From Myxococcota bacterium (GTDB lineage: Bacteria; Myxococcota_A; UBA9160; UBA6930), in contig OZ245002.1 of the NCBI GenBank assembly GCA_965223415.1, forward strand, positions 2,752,001-2,816,000: a stretch of 64,000 nt of DNA. The letters run 5' to 3'. Positions 9,899-19,642 of this stretch are shown in pieces. The notes beneath the pieces were generated by a model that was given only the letters and a program-made list of their open reading frames with translations, did not search any database and was not told the origin of the DNA. The translations under genes and the position numbers were made by a program. Numbering within the stretch: position 1 is the first letter of the stretch; each line of letters begins with the position of its first letter.

Positions 9899-10504
9899 TC
9901 AGCCGCCTTCGCGCTGGCGCTGACGATCGCCGCTCAGGTTCAGGATCTCGCGCGGGAAGGCGTCGACCAGGAACTGGACGACGTCCCGAACGGAGACCAC
10001 GAACACGGGGCGGCCCCGATCGTCGACCACCGGGATGTGACGGAAGCCGCCGACGCTCATGTGGTTCAGGGCCTCGGCGATGGTCTGGTCCTCGTAGAGG
10101 AACTCGGGATCCGGCGTCATCACGTCGTTCAGCGCCAGGATCGCCGGATTGCGGCCACCGTCGACGATCCGGTAGAGCACGTCGCGCTCGGTGAAGATGC
10201 CGATCACCGGTGTGCCCGGCGTGCCGTCCTCGGTGACGATGACGACACCCCGGCTCTCGCCCTTCATCGCTCGGATCGCATCGGTGACCGAGCTGGCGGG
10301 CCCGAGGACCACTGGCTTGCGGGCCGGAAGGATGGTCGCCGGCTCGTGGAGGAGCCGGGTGTCGAAGCCGCGATCGATCGGGCCTCGACTCGACAGGGAC
10401 TCGAAGTAGGCCTCGTCCTGGTCTTCGATGCCGTCGGAGAAGCCGGTGCGGTCCTGCGGCATGATGCGCCCTCCCAGAGTTTCGAGCGTCCGAGAAGATA
10501 CCAC
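9899..10504 (-). CDS. CBS-domain protein
   Basis: GIFTERD, VMTPDP, FRHIPVVD; start may be ~10462. Confidence 0.9.
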   Translation of the reverse strand: MVSSRTLETLGGRIMPQDRTGFSDGIEDQDEAYFESLSSRGPIDRGFDTRLLHEPATILPARKPVVLGPASSVTDAIRAMKGESRGVVIVTEDGTPGTPVIGIFTERDVLYRIVDGGRNPAILALNDVMTPDPEFLYEDQTIAEALNHMSVGGFRHIPVVDDRGRPVFVVSVRDVVQFLVDAFPREILNLSGDRQRQREGG

Positions 10505-10516
10505 GCCGAACGCAGT

Positions 10517-11173
10517 TCAGCGGGTGGGGCGGATCGCCACCTCGGGGGCCCCTAGGGAAAACCCCAGTCCCTCGCCCAGGCGTGCCAGAAGTCGCACAAC
10601 CTCCGGATGGAGCTCCTCGGGTCGGGTCGCCCGCGCGATCCGTCCTGGGGGAAGGCGGCGTCCGAGCTCGCGGGCGAGCGGCCCCTTCGGACCGAGCAGG
10701 CGCTTCGCGTCGAGGCGATCGAGAGCCACCTCGTCGGCCAGCCCTGGGGCATGGCTGCGCAGCAGGCGCTCGAGCTGGGCGGTTTGTGCGGCATCCAGCC
10801 GCAGGGCCCGGCGAATCGCGCCCGGAGCGAGCAGATAGCTCTCGATGTGCCGTCGGCTCCAGCAGAAGGCCTCGAGACCGTCGGTCTCGTCGACGCTCAC
10901 GGCCCGAGCGTCGCGATCGAGCACGCACAGGCCCCGTGCTTCCGGGTGGGCCTCGCGCAGGTCGTCGAGGTGACGTCGTGCCCGCTCGGGCCGGCGCCCC
11001 CCGAGGATGACCATGGCACCGCCCAAGGCCCGGGAGAGAGGCGGCGACATGCCCCGCGCCCAGCCTCGAAGGATCTCCCCGTCCCGCGCTCCCTCGACGT
11101 ACACGACGAAGGGGCTGCCGCCGCGCTTGGACACAACGCGAACAGGGTACACGCCAGATGTGGGGATTGTCAC
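10517..11173 (-). CDS. Hypothetical protein with TOPRIM-like (OLD/DUF4435-type) motifs
   Basis: VYVEGARD, VLDRD (DxD), HIESYLL; start uncertain. Confidence 0.55.
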   Translation of the reverse strand: MTIPTSGVYPVRVVSKRGGSPFVVYVEGARDGEILRGWARGMSPPLSRALGGAMVILGGRRPERARRHLDDLREAHPEARGLCVLDRDARAVSVDETDGLEAFCWSRRHIESYLLAPGAIRRALRLDAAQTAQLERLLRSHAPGLADEVALDRLDAKRLLGPKGPLARELGRRLPPGRIARATRPEELHPEVVRLLARLGEGLGFSLGAPEVAIRPTR

Positions 11174-11223
11174 CAACCCGCCTAGCGGTTTACTCTCCCG
11201 GGGGAAACGCGAAGGGGTCGCAT

Positions 11224-11865
11224 TTGATCGGTGCCGTGATTGCGGACGACCATGCCATCGTCCGAGAGGGATTGCGCCGCTTGCTCGAGGCAGAGGACGA
11301 CATCGAGGTCTTCTCCGAAGCATCGGACGGACGCGAGGTCCTCGAAGCGGTCGCGAAGCACCAGCCCCAGGTGGTGATCCTCGACATCTCGATGCCGAAG
11401 CTCGGCGGTCTCGAGACCCTGGAACGACTTCGGAGCGCCCACCCGGACGTGAAGGTGATCCTCCTGTCCGTGCACGGCGATCCGCCGTACATCCAGAGCG
11501 CCGTCAGCCTGGGTGCGGACGGCTATGTGCTGAAGAATGGTCGCGTGAGCGAGGTCATCTCGGCTGTGCGCGCCGTCACCAAGGGCGGCAGCTATTTCAG
11601 TCCGCCGGTCGCGAAGGAGATCGTCGAGCAGCTCCGCACGCCCGAGCGCGGAGCCGCCGAGCCCTTCTCGGTGCTCTCGTCTCGCGAGCGCGAGGTGCTG
11701 CAGCTCATCGCCGAGGGCCTCTCCGCCAAGGAGATCGCCAGCGAGCTCGGCATCAGCACCAAGACCGTCGAGGCCCACCGCACCAGCGTCATGCGCAAGC
11801 TCGGCGCCCGCAAAGCGACCGAGCTCGTCCGCTACGCCCTCCGCCACGGCCTCATCGAGCCCTGA
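11224..11865 (+). CDS. NarL/LuxR family response regulator
   Basis: ADDH, LDISMP, GYVLK receiver; LSSREREVL..KTVEAHR HTH; TTG start inferred. Confidence 0.95.
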   Translation: MIGAVIADDHAIVREGLRRLLEAEDDIEVFSEASDGREVLEAVAKHQPQVVILDISMPKLGGLETLERLRSAHPDVKVILLSVHGDPPYIQSAVSLGADGYVLKNGRVSEVISAVRAVTKGGSYFSPPVAKEIVEQLRTPERGAAEPFSVLSSREREVLQLIAEGLSAKEIASELGISTKTVEAHRTSVMRKLGARKATELVRYALRHGLIEP

Positions 11866-11886
11866 GCGCGCCGCGGGGAACGCTCC

Positions 11887-13065
11887 CTATCCCAGCAGCG
11901 CGACGGCCTCGACGTGCGGGGTCTGGGGGAAGAGGTCGAAGGCTTCCAGGCCCTCGAGGCGGTAGCCCCGCGCGACCAGCACGCGCAGGTCCCGGGCCAG
12001 CGTCGCCGGATCGCAGGAGACGTAGACGATGCGATCGGCCCCTAGGGCCGCCAGGGCCTCGGCACCGCCCTTCGGGAGACCGGTGCGCGGCGGGTCGAGG
12101 AGCACCAGATCGGGACGCGGATCCCGCGGATCGGCCAGGTAGGCCTCCACCGCCAGGGGACGCACGCCCACCCGAGCCGGGACCGCGGCGCCCGTCAGGT
12201 TGTGCTCGAGGTCCCGCACGGCTCGGGCATCGGACTCGATGGCGGTGACGTGCGCGAAGGCCCGCGCCAGCGCCAGGGTGAAGAAGCCCGCGCCGGCGTA
12301 GAGCTCGAGGGCGCGCTCGCCGCCGCCGCAGGCCGCGGCCACGGCGGCGGCCAGCCGGAGACGCAGGGCGGCGTTCGCCTGGAAGAAGACGCCGGGCCCG
12401 ACGCGGAGGCGATCCGCACCGAGCTCGAGCACGATCGGCGCCGCCCGGGCCCCGGGCCCGCGTGCGCGCACGGACACCTCGCCGCCGTCTCCCCGGGCCA
12501 CGAGCCACTCCACTTCGGCTTCCGGCGGCTCCTTCGCCAGCTCGCCCAGGACCGCATCGAGCTCCGGCACGAGCACCGGGCAGCCCCGGATCCCGCACAC
12601 CTCATGAGAGCGCGCGCGCCGGAAACCCACCCGGCCCGCCTGCCCGAGGATCCGCGCCCGGCTCCGGTAGGCGAGCTCGGGACCGGCGTGGATCGGCGTC
12701 TCCCCCGGCGGCGCGAGGCCCGCGATGCGCTCCACCGCGTCCCGGAGGATGCGGCGCTTGGCGGCGAGCTGGGCCTCGTGGGTCAGGTGCTGCCAGGCGC
12801 AGCCGCCGCACTTGCCCGCCACGGGGCAAGCGGGCGCACGGCGGCCAGGCCCGGGGCGCAGCACCTCCACCGGCTCGCCGCGGGCGAAGCGCTTCCGCGT
12901 CTCCCGCAGGCGCACGAGCACCTGGTCTCCCGGTGCGGTCCAGGGCACGAACACCACCCGGCCGTCCGCGAGCCGGCCCACGCCGTCGCCGCCGGCGGCG
13001 AGGCTCTCGATCTCCACGACGACCGGCGCGTCTCCGGTGCCCAGAGCGGTGGCCTCACCCGCCAT
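11887..13065 (-). CDS. rlmD: TRAM-domain 23S rRNA (uracil-C5)-methyltransferase, RlmD/TrmA family
   Basis: CPVAGKCGGC Fe-S motif, FFQAN, ELYAGAG, DPPRTG, YVSCDPATLARD, DLFPQTPHVE. Confidence 0.88.
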   Translation of the reverse strand: MAGEATALGTGDAPVVVEIESLAAGGDGVGRLADGRVVFVPWTAPGDQVLVRLRETRKRFARGEPVEVLRPGPGRRAPACPVAGKCGGCAWQHLTHEAQLAAKRRILRDAVERIAGLAPPGETPIHAGPELAYRSRARILGQAGRVGFRRARSHEVCGIRGCPVLVPELDAVLGELAKEPPEAEVEWLVARGDGGEVSVRARGPGARAAPIVLELGADRLRVGPGVFFQANAALRLRLAAAVAAACGGGERALELYAGAGFFTLALARAFAHVTAIESDARAVRDLEHNLTGAAVPARVGVRPLAVEAYLADPRDPRPDLVLLDPPRTGLPKGGAEALAALGADRIVYVSCDPATLARDLRVLVARGYRLEGLEAFDLFPQTPHVEAVALLG

Positions 13066-14953
13066 CGGGAGCACCGAAGCCCAGCTCGGAGAGGCGGGCC
13101 CGCACGGCACTGCCGGGCTCGAGCAGCCGGCGCAGCGCCGCCACGGCGGGCCGGCCCGCACGCTCCCGCGGCACCACGAAGTCGTAGTGCTCCGCCCGCA
13201 GCGGCTGGAAGCGCAGCCCCGCCTGGTCGGCCACCGGCCCGATGGTGACGCCCCAGTCCGCCCGCTTCTGGGCCACCGCCGCCGCCACCGCGTAGTGGGA
13301 GCGGGGCTCGTAGGCATGGCCCGCCGGGCGCCGCTCTCCGAGCAGAGCGTCGATCAACACCCGCGTGCCGGCGCCGCGGTTGCGATTGACCATGCGAAGG
13401 GCCGGGGCGTCGAGCAGCGCCTCGACGTCCCGCGCCTCGTCGGGACGGGTCACCACTCCCTGCATGCGGGTGTAGCCGCGCACCAGCTCGAGCCCCTCGC
13501 CGAGGAACGGCCGGTTGTACTCGCCGCTCTCGGGATCGAGCAGGTGCACTGGGGCCACGTCGCACTCGCCCCGGCGCGCGGCCTCGAGCCCGCCCTGGCT
13601 GCCCACCGCCATCACCTTCACGCGAAAGCCTTCGGCGGAGAGCGCCGACGCCAGCACGTCGAGCCCCGCGCAGTGGCTGCCGACCACGACCAGGTCCGCC
13701 ACGGGCAGCTCCCGGCCAATCAGCGTCACCTGGACCTCGCTGTCCGCCTCGACGATCTCCGTGTTGCGACCGACCCGCACGAAGCCGTCGGCCCGGCTGA
13801 AGGCCGTGACCGAGCCGCTGCCCTTGCCCATCGGATAGGCGGCCAGGGCACCGTCCGCTCCCCGGACGAGGCCGACGAGCAGGTACTCGAGGCGCCCGCG
13901 CTCGGATTGCACGCGCAGGGCGAGCTGCGCAGCGACCTCTTCGCGGCGGTCACGGGAGAGGCCGGCCATCTCGCGCAGCACCGGCGCGACGAACTCGTGG
14001 AAGGTGAAGACAGCGGAGGTCGGGAAGCCCGGCAGGATCACGACGGGCTTCTCTCCCGCCGCCGCCAGGCAGATCGGCTTGCCGGGCTTGAGGGCGACGC
14101 CGTGCACGACGATGCCGGGTTCGAGATCCGCGACGACCCGCGCGTTCAGGTCCCCCTCGCCCTTCGACGTACCGCCGGAGAGGAGCACCAGGTCCGCCGA
14201 CGCCACCGCCTCGTCGAGGGCGGCGCGCAGCGCCGTCTCCTCGTCACGGAAGGCGCCCAGGAACCAGGGCTCGCCGCCGAGCTCGCGCACCGCATCGGCC
14301 AGGATGCGTCCATTGCTGTCGAACACGAGCCCGGGCCGCATCGCCTCACCGGGCTGCACGATCTCGTCGCCGGTGGAGACGATCGCCACCCTCGGGCGCG
14401 GACGGACGGCGACGCGGTCGCAGCCGATCGCGGCCAGCACGCCGGTCTCCCGGGAGGTGAGCGACACGCCGGCGAAGAGCACCGTCTCCCCCATTCCCAT
14501 GTCGGTGCCGGCGAAGGACACGGCGCCCCCGGGCACCCGCGCCCGGCGCACGATCAGAACGTCACCTTCGACGTCGGTGTGCTCGACGGGCACGACCGCG
14601 TCGGCTCCGCGCGGCAGCATGCCGCCGGTGGCGATGGGCGTGGCCGTGCCTTCGGTCACCTCGAGCCGGGGCGCGACGCCGGTGGGAATCGTCTCCGGGT
14701 TCAGGCGCAGTCGAGCCGGCTCCTCCTCGGACGCGCCAAAGGTATCCCGCGCGCGCACCGCGAAGCCATCCATGTTCGAGCGGTCGAAGCCCGGCACGTC
14801 GACGCCCGCGTGCACGTCCCGGGCCAGCACCCGGCCCAGCGCCTCTTCGAGCGGAACCTCCTCCTCCGCGGGTGCGACCGGGCGGATCACCTTCCGCCAG
14901 CGACGCTCCGCCTCGTCCCGGTCGAGCACCTCGAGGAACTGCTGCTGCTTCAC
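13055..14953 (-). CDS. moeA: MoeA fused to C-terminal periplasmic-binding-protein-like domain
   Basis: FDRSNMDGFAV, STGDE, SGGTSKG, KPGKP, LPGFPTS then GSHC, GSQGGL, NRNRGAGTR. Confidence 0.92.
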   Translation of the reverse strand: MKQQQFLEVLDRDEAERRWRKVIRPVAPAEEEVPLEEALGRVLARDVHAGVDVPGFDRSNMDGFAVRARDTFGASEEEPARLRLNPETIPTGVAPRLEVTEGTATPIATGGMLPRGADAVVPVEHTDVEGDVLIVRRARVPGGAVSFAGTDMGMGETVLFAGVSLTSRETGVLAAIGCDRVAVRPRPRVAIVSTGDEIVQPGEAMRPGLVFDSNGRILADAVRELGGEPWFLGAFRDEETALRAALDEAVASADLVLLSGGTSKGEGDLNARVVADLEPGIVVHGVALKPGKPICLAAAGEKPVVILPGFPTSAVFTFHEFVAPVLREMAGLSRDRREEVAAQLALRVQSERGRLEYLLVGLVRGADGALAAYPMGKGSGSVTAFSRADGFVRVGRNTEIVEADSEVQVTLIGRELPVADLVVVGSHCAGLDVLASALSAEGFRVKVMAVGSQGGLEAARRGECDVAPVHLLDPESGEYNRPFLGEGLELVRGYTRMQGVVTRPDEARDVEALLDAPALRMVNRNRGAGTRVLIDALLGERRPAGHAYEPRSHYAVAAAVAQKRADWGVTIGPVADQAGLRFQPLRAEHYDFVVPRERAGRPAVAALRRLLEPGSAVRARLSELGFGAPDGG

Positions 14954-16209
14954 GAGGCCTCCTCCTCGTCGTACAGCAGCACCTCCACCTCGGTGCCCTC
15001 GGGCATCCCTTCGAGCTCCCGGGGCACGATCACCGCCCCGGCGGCGCGCACGGTCGAGGAGAGGATGGAGGCGCCGGAGGTGGCGATCGGAACGACGGCA
15101 CTGTCCTCGATGGCGACGCGCACGTAGTCCGTGCGGCCGACTGCCGAGGCGATCTTGCGGGCCAGGGGCCGGCGCACGCGCCGGTGGGGCCAGGCGCCGG
15201 AGCGCCCGCCGAGCCTCCGCAGGGTCGGCCCCGCGAAGAACTCATAGGCGCACAGGCAGCTCACCGGATTGCCCGGCAGCAGGAAGGCGAAGCGCTCGCC
15301 GGTGCCCCCGGTGGCGGGAAGGCGGCCGACGCCCGCCGGGCTCGAGGGCCGCATCGAGACGCCGTGGAAATCGAGGCGACCGAGCTCCGCCACCAGGCGC
15401 GGCGCGTGGTCCTCCTTGCCGACGGAGCTCCCGCCGGAGACCAGCAGCACCTCGGCGGGGGCGGTGGCGAGGAGATCGGCGATCACCTCGGCCCGGTCCG
15501 GGAGCAGGGCAAAGGGCAGGAGCTCACCGCCGTCCCGGGCCACCAGGGCGCCGAGCACCACCGAGTTGCTGTCGGCGATGCGTGCACCCTCGGGGCGGCT
15601 GCCGGCGGGCAGCAGCTCGTCGCCGGTGATCACGAGCTGCACGCGCGGGCGGCGCACGCAGGCCACCTCGGCAATGCCGATCGAGGAGAGCAGGCCCGCG
15701 TCCTGGGGGCGAAGCCGGCGGCCCGACCCGAGCACCGCCGTGCCGGCGCGGATGTCCTCGCCCGGCGCGCCGACGTTCTTGCGCGGCGCCACGGCGTCGT
15801 CCACGCGCAAGAGGTCCCCCTCTTCCTGGCACACCTCCGCCATCACCACGGCGTCGGCGCCCTTCGGCACCGGCGCACCGGTCATGATGCGCACCGCCTG
15901 CCCGGCCCCCACACTTCCCTCGAAGGGCCGGCCGGGCATCGACTCGCCCACCAGCGCGAGGCGCAGCGGGTCGTACGTGGAGGCGCCGAAAGTGTCCTCG
16001 CCGCGGACCGCATAGCCGTCCATCGCCGAGCGCGCGAAGCCCGGCACGTCCACCTCGGCGCGCACCTCCTCGGCCAGCACCCGGCCTGCGCAGGCACCCA
16101 GTGCGACGAGCTCGGCGGGCAGAGAGCGCGCGCGGGCCGCGAGGAAGCCCTCGACTTCCTCCACGTCCGCCCGCTCGGCGAATCCCCGCATGCGAACGTC
16201 GCGCGTCAT
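14950..16209 (-). CDS. moeA: Molybdopterin molybdo/tungsto-transferase MoeA (Glp)
   Basis: SAMDGYAV, IMTGAPVP, TGDEL, SGGSSVG, LPGNPVS. Confidence 0.93.
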   Translation of the reverse strand: MTRDVRMRGFAERADVEEVEGFLAARARSLPAELVALGACAGRVLAEEVRAEVDVPGFARSAMDGYAVRGEDTFGASTYDPLRLALVGESMPGRPFEGSVGAGQAVRIMTGAPVPKGADAVVMAEVCQEEGDLLRVDDAVAPRKNVGAPGEDIRAGTAVLGSGRRLRPQDAGLLSSIGIAEVACVRRPRVQLVITGDELLPAGSRPEGARIADSNSVVLGALVARDGGELLPFALLPDRAEVIADLLATAPAEVLLVSGGSSVGKEDHAPRLVAELGRLDFHGVSMRPSSPAGVGRLPATGGTGERFAFLLPGNPVSCLCAYEFFAGPTLRRLGGRSGAWPHRRVRRPLARKIASAVGRTDYVRVAIEDSAVVPIATSGASILSSTVRAAGAVIVPRELEGMPEGTEVEVLLYDEEEAS

Positions 16210-16279
16210 GGTCGTCCCAAACATCGAACGGGCAGGGGAGAGCCCCCTGCCCGTTCCCGGAATCCGGATCCGTGTGGGC

Positions 16280-18013
16280 TCAGCCGGAGGCCTTCGCGGT
16301 GAACAGATCCTCCTGGGCCGGCATCCGCTTGTAGACGGCCTGGATGATGTCGGCGGGCACGTCGAACACCACCTGGGCGCCCTCGGGACCGACCGCATCC
16401 TGCCCCAGGCAATCCGCCAGCTTGTCGTCGGCGGCGGTGAAGCCGGCCTGCCGGTTGAACTCCCACTCGTCCTCGAGCACCTGCCAGCCCTGGTCGTGGA
16501 TCGCCTCGCGGCTGACATCCTCGCCATAGAGGGCCGTGTAGAAAGCGCGGATGTCGTCGAGGCTCGGCTGCAGGAACTGGCAGAAGCCCGACGAGTCGCA
16601 GACCGTGTTCACGATCTGCACCTTCTGGCTCTCCCACGCGAACTGGTCGGGCGCGAGGCCCGGGTTGACGATCAGGCCGGCCGTGTGGTCCGCCCCCATC
16701 GGGCTCGTGCAGTAGGAGACGCCGGTGGCCTTGAGCGGCCGCGGATCCCAGGCCGGAATCGACTGGCCCTTGGCCTCGGGCACCCGGTGGTGGCCGGTGA
16801 ACTTGCCCGTGGCCACGGCGCCGTTGCCGATGGCCTTGCCCCGGTCGGTCCCTTCCGGGATCTCGGCGATCAGCGTCCGCATGGCGTCGGCGTCGCCCCA
16901 CTCCATCTGGCCCGCGTCCATCAGGATGGCAATGGCCGCGCCGGTCTCGATGGTGTCGAGGCCCACCTCGTCGCACAGCCGGTCCATGTCCGCCACGTCC
17001 TCCCAGCTCGCCACCGCGCAGTTGGCGCCGAGCAGGGTGAGGGTCTCGAACTCGAGGGCGGAGGTCTTGTACTCGCCCTGGGCGTCGTGGACGATGTTCG
17101 AGCACTTCACGATGCAGCCAGTCATGCAGTTGTGCATCTCGCCGCCGCGCTCTTCGAAGCTCTCGACGATGCGCGCGCCGTCCAGCGTGGCCGCGTCGGG
17201 GCTCTGGCCCTCGACCCGGTTCTTGTAGGGGAAGGTGTGCAGCATGTTCGCGACGGGCACGACCGAGCTGGTGCCGGTCTTGAACATCTGCGGACCTTCG
17301 AGGTAGCCCTTCGTGTAGTCCTTGCAGAGGGCGCCGAAGGCCTTGCGATCCGCCGGCTGGCGAACCGCGGTCTTGCCCGGATCCACCGCGACGTACTTCA
17401 GGCCCTTCGAGCCCATCACGGCGCCGAGCCCACCGCGGGCCGCGTGGCGCGCCGGGTAGCGGTTGTCCTGGTCGGTGGTGGCGACCGACGCGCCCGAGAG
17501 GCGCATCTCGCCGGCGGGCCCGCAGGTGATGAAGGACGTGGTCGCCGGGTACTGGCCGTGCAGGTCCTGGCAGAGCGCGTAGTTCCACTTGCCCTTGTGG
17601 TCGTCGGCAGCAACGACCTTCACGCCGTCGGCGTTCACCTCGATCGCGTAGCGCGCCTCGGCGTCCGCGGGCTGGCCCTTCACCACGATGCCGCGGTAGC
17701 CGAGCTTCATCAGGTGCTGGCCGGGCTGGCCGCCGGTGTTCGCCTCCTTGATGCCGCCGGTCAACGGGCTCTTGCCGCCGATCGAGATACGGCCGGAGGT
17801 CGGCGCCGCCGTGCCGCTGAGCACACCGGGCGCCATCACGAGCACGTTACCCGGACCGAGCGGGTCGCAGGCCGGGTCGCAGTCCTGGAGCAGGATCTTC
17901 GCCGAGAGACCGCGGCCGCCGAGCAGCTTCCACTCCTCGGGGAAGTCGCGGATGTCCACGGACTGGTCGGTCATGTCGACGTAGATCAGCTTGTCGCCGC
18001 TGGGGCCACTCAT
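16280..18013 (-). CDS. aor: Aldehyde:ferredoxin oxidoreductase (AOR family, tungstopterin)
   Basis: GGRGL, KSPLTGGIKEAN, AARGGLGAVMGSKGLK, CMTGCIVKC, EFET, GLDTIETG, DSSGFC. Confidence 0.93.
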   Translation of the reverse strand: MSGPSGDKLIYVDMTDQSVDIRDFPEEWKLLGGRGLSAKILLQDCDPACDPLGPGNVLVMAPGVLSGTAAPTSGRISIGGKSPLTGGIKEANTGGQPGQHLMKLGYRGIVVKGQPADAEARYAIEVNADGVKVVAADDHKGKWNYALCQDLHGQYPATTSFITCGPAGEMRLSGASVATTDQDNRYPARHAARGGLGAVMGSKGLKYVAVDPGKTAVRQPADRKAFGALCKDYTKGYLEGPQMFKTGTSSVVPVANMLHTFPYKNRVEGQSPDAATLDGARIVESFEERGGEMHNCMTGCIVKCSNIVHDAQGEYKTSALEFETLTLLGANCAVASWEDVADMDRLCDEVGLDTIETGAAIAILMDAGQMEWGDADAMRTLIAEIPEGTDRGKAIGNGAVATGKFTGHHRVPEAKGQSIPAWDPRPLKATGVSYCTSPMGADHTAGLIVNPGLAPDQFAWESQKVQIVNTVCDSSGFCQFLQPSLDDIRAFYTALYGEDVSREAIHDQGWQVLEDEWEFNRQAGFTAADDKLADCLGQDAVGPEGAQVVFDVPADIIQAVYKRMPAQEDLFTAKASG

Positions 18014-18097
18014 GGGAATCTCCTGCGTGGAAAACTTGGAAAGAAGGGAATGAAGAAGAAGAGAAAGGAAGGGTGGATGGCTCGCGGCGCGCCCCGC

Positions 18098-18370
18098 TCA
18101 GCCGCCGGCGATGGCCGCCAGCACCTCGACCTCGTCCTCCGGCGAGACCGGAGTGCGCAAGGCCTCGGCGGCGTCGAGCTGATCGCCGTTCACGAACAGC
18201 TTGACGAAGCGCTGGACGCCGCCGTCGTCGTCGATCACCTGGGCGAGGAAGCCCGGGAACTTCTGCTCGACCGCCTCGAGGCACTCGAGAACGCTTCCGC
18301 CATCCACGTCGATCTCGCCGGTCCCCTGGGTGGGGCCGCGGTACGGCGGGGGGATGACGACCTTGGGCAT
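18098..18370 (-). CDS. moaD: MoaD/ThiS sulfur-carrier protein
   Basis: 90 aa, LFVNG, C-terminal IAGG. Confidence 0.9.
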   Translation of the reverse strand: MPKVVIPPPYRGPTQGTGEIDVDGGSVLECLEAVEQKFPGFLAQVIDDDGGVQRFVKLFVNGDQLDAAEALRTPVSPEDEVEVLAAIAGG

Positions 18371-18484
18371 CGGGCTCCTCGGGATGACCGGCGGGCATGA
18401 TAGCGTCCCCCCGGGCCGGCGGGACCGCCCCGGGGCAGGCTTCCCCAGCGTCTCCCGGCCCCCCGCGGCCGGTAGACTGGCGCG

Positions 18485-19444
18485 ATGCCCGGCCCCCGTC
18501 GCCTGCTCCCGCCGCTCCTGCTGGCCTGGACCCTCTCCGCCGCCAGCCTGGCCCAGGGCGGCCACCCGGTGGCTCCCTCGCCGATCCGTCCCCTCCAGGA
18601 GCGGGTGGGCGCCGCCGACGTGGTGCTGATCGGCGAAGTGGTCGCCCTCTCCGAGGGCCGGATCGACGTGGAGGCGCGGAACGTCCTCCGCGGCGCGCCC
18701 CCCGACCGCTTCCTCGTGAAGCGCGGACGCTCCGCTCCGCCGCCTCTCGCCGCGGGCGACCGGGCGGTGCTTCTCCTCCGCGGCGCCCGCCCCCCCTACG
18801 TGCTCGTCGACGAGCCGGCCGAGACCGTGCGCCTCGTCGATGCCCCGGGGGAGGAGGCCTGGCGGAGCGCGGTGGAGGCCGCCCTCTCCCTCCGTGACGA
18901 CCCCACGGCGCTCGCCGACCGCATGACCCGTTGGATCGACGCGGGCCCCGCCTCTCTGCGCGACGTCGCAGGCCTCTCACTCCGCCCCCTCCTCGCCGCC
19001 GACGAGGTCCTGAGCGGACGCATCGCGCTCGAACGCGCCGAGGCCGCCGCCCGCTCCGACCTCCCCGCTGAAGCTCGCGCCCTCTCCGCCCAGCTCGCCG
19101 CCGCGAGCCCCGAAGGACAGGACCGGTTGGTCGCAACCCTCACCCGCGCCGAGCACCTCGATCCGAGCGCCCTGGCCCTCGCCCTGCGAACCGGAAGCAT
19201 CCGCGGACACGCCGACCTCGCGGCCCTGTACGAGCGCGCGCTCGACTCCAGGGATCCGGAGCTGCGGAGGATCGCGGCGCGGGATCCGGCCCCGGTGCTG
19301 CGGCTGGGCGCCGACGCCGAGGCGCGCCTGCAGGGGTTGGTGAACGGGGATCCGGAAGAGACGGTGAAACGCGCGGCCGAGGAGACGCTGGGGCGGGTTC
19401 GGCGGGCACGGGAGGCGGGGCGGCTCGGGGCTACGGCGGAGTAG
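18485..19444 (+). CDS. Hypothetical exported protein, helical (HEAT-like) C-terminus
   Basis: Signal-peptide-like N-terminus; DPELRRIAA and DPEETVKRAA repeats. Confidence 0.6.
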   Translation: MPGPRRLLPPLLLAWTLSAASLAQGGHPVAPSPIRPLQERVGAADVVLIGEVVALSEGRIDVEARNVLRGAPPDRFLVKRGRSAPPPLAAGDRAVLLLRGARPPYVLVDEPAETVRLVDAPGEEAWRSAVEAALSLRDDPTALADRMTRWIDAGPASLRDVAGLSLRPLLAADEVLSGRIALERAEAAARSDLPAEARALSAQLAAASPEGQDRLVATLTRAEHLDPSALALALRTGSIRGHADLAALYERALDSRDPELRRIAARDPAPVLRLGADAEARLQGLVNGDPEETVKRAAEETLGRVRRAREAGRLGATAE

Positions 19445-19477
19445 AGCCGCGGCGGCCGGATCCCGGCGAACGTGCCG

Positions 19478-19498
19478 CGGCCGAAACAATTTCGGCCG
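19478..19498. terminator. Hairpin downstream of the hypothetical gene
   Basis: CGGCCGAAA-caa-TTTCGGCCG perfect 9-bp stem; no U-tract. Confidence 0.35.
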
Positions 19499-19589
19499 AC
19501 AGGAGACGGATATCCCCCGGCCCGAATCCCCGCACGCGGGCAATCCCCAATGGAATCAATGGTCCCCGAGAGATCCCCTCGTCTGCGTA

Positions 19590-19617
19590 TTGGGTTTCGG
19601 CCGGCGCGGGTTACTCT
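19590..19617 (+). promoter_or_regulatory. Possible Pc-like promoter facing the cassette array
   Basis: TTGGGT-16 nt-TACTCT about 20 bp upstream of the first GTT core site. Confidence 0.25.
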
Positions 19618-19642
19618 GGATTGGAGATCTACTATCTAGTTA

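Noticed and set aside
18485..19640. Integron integrase expected upstream of the array
   Set aside because: No ORF on either strand shows tyrosine-recombinase R-H-x-x-R/Y motifs; the minus-strand ORFs here are GC-rich shadows
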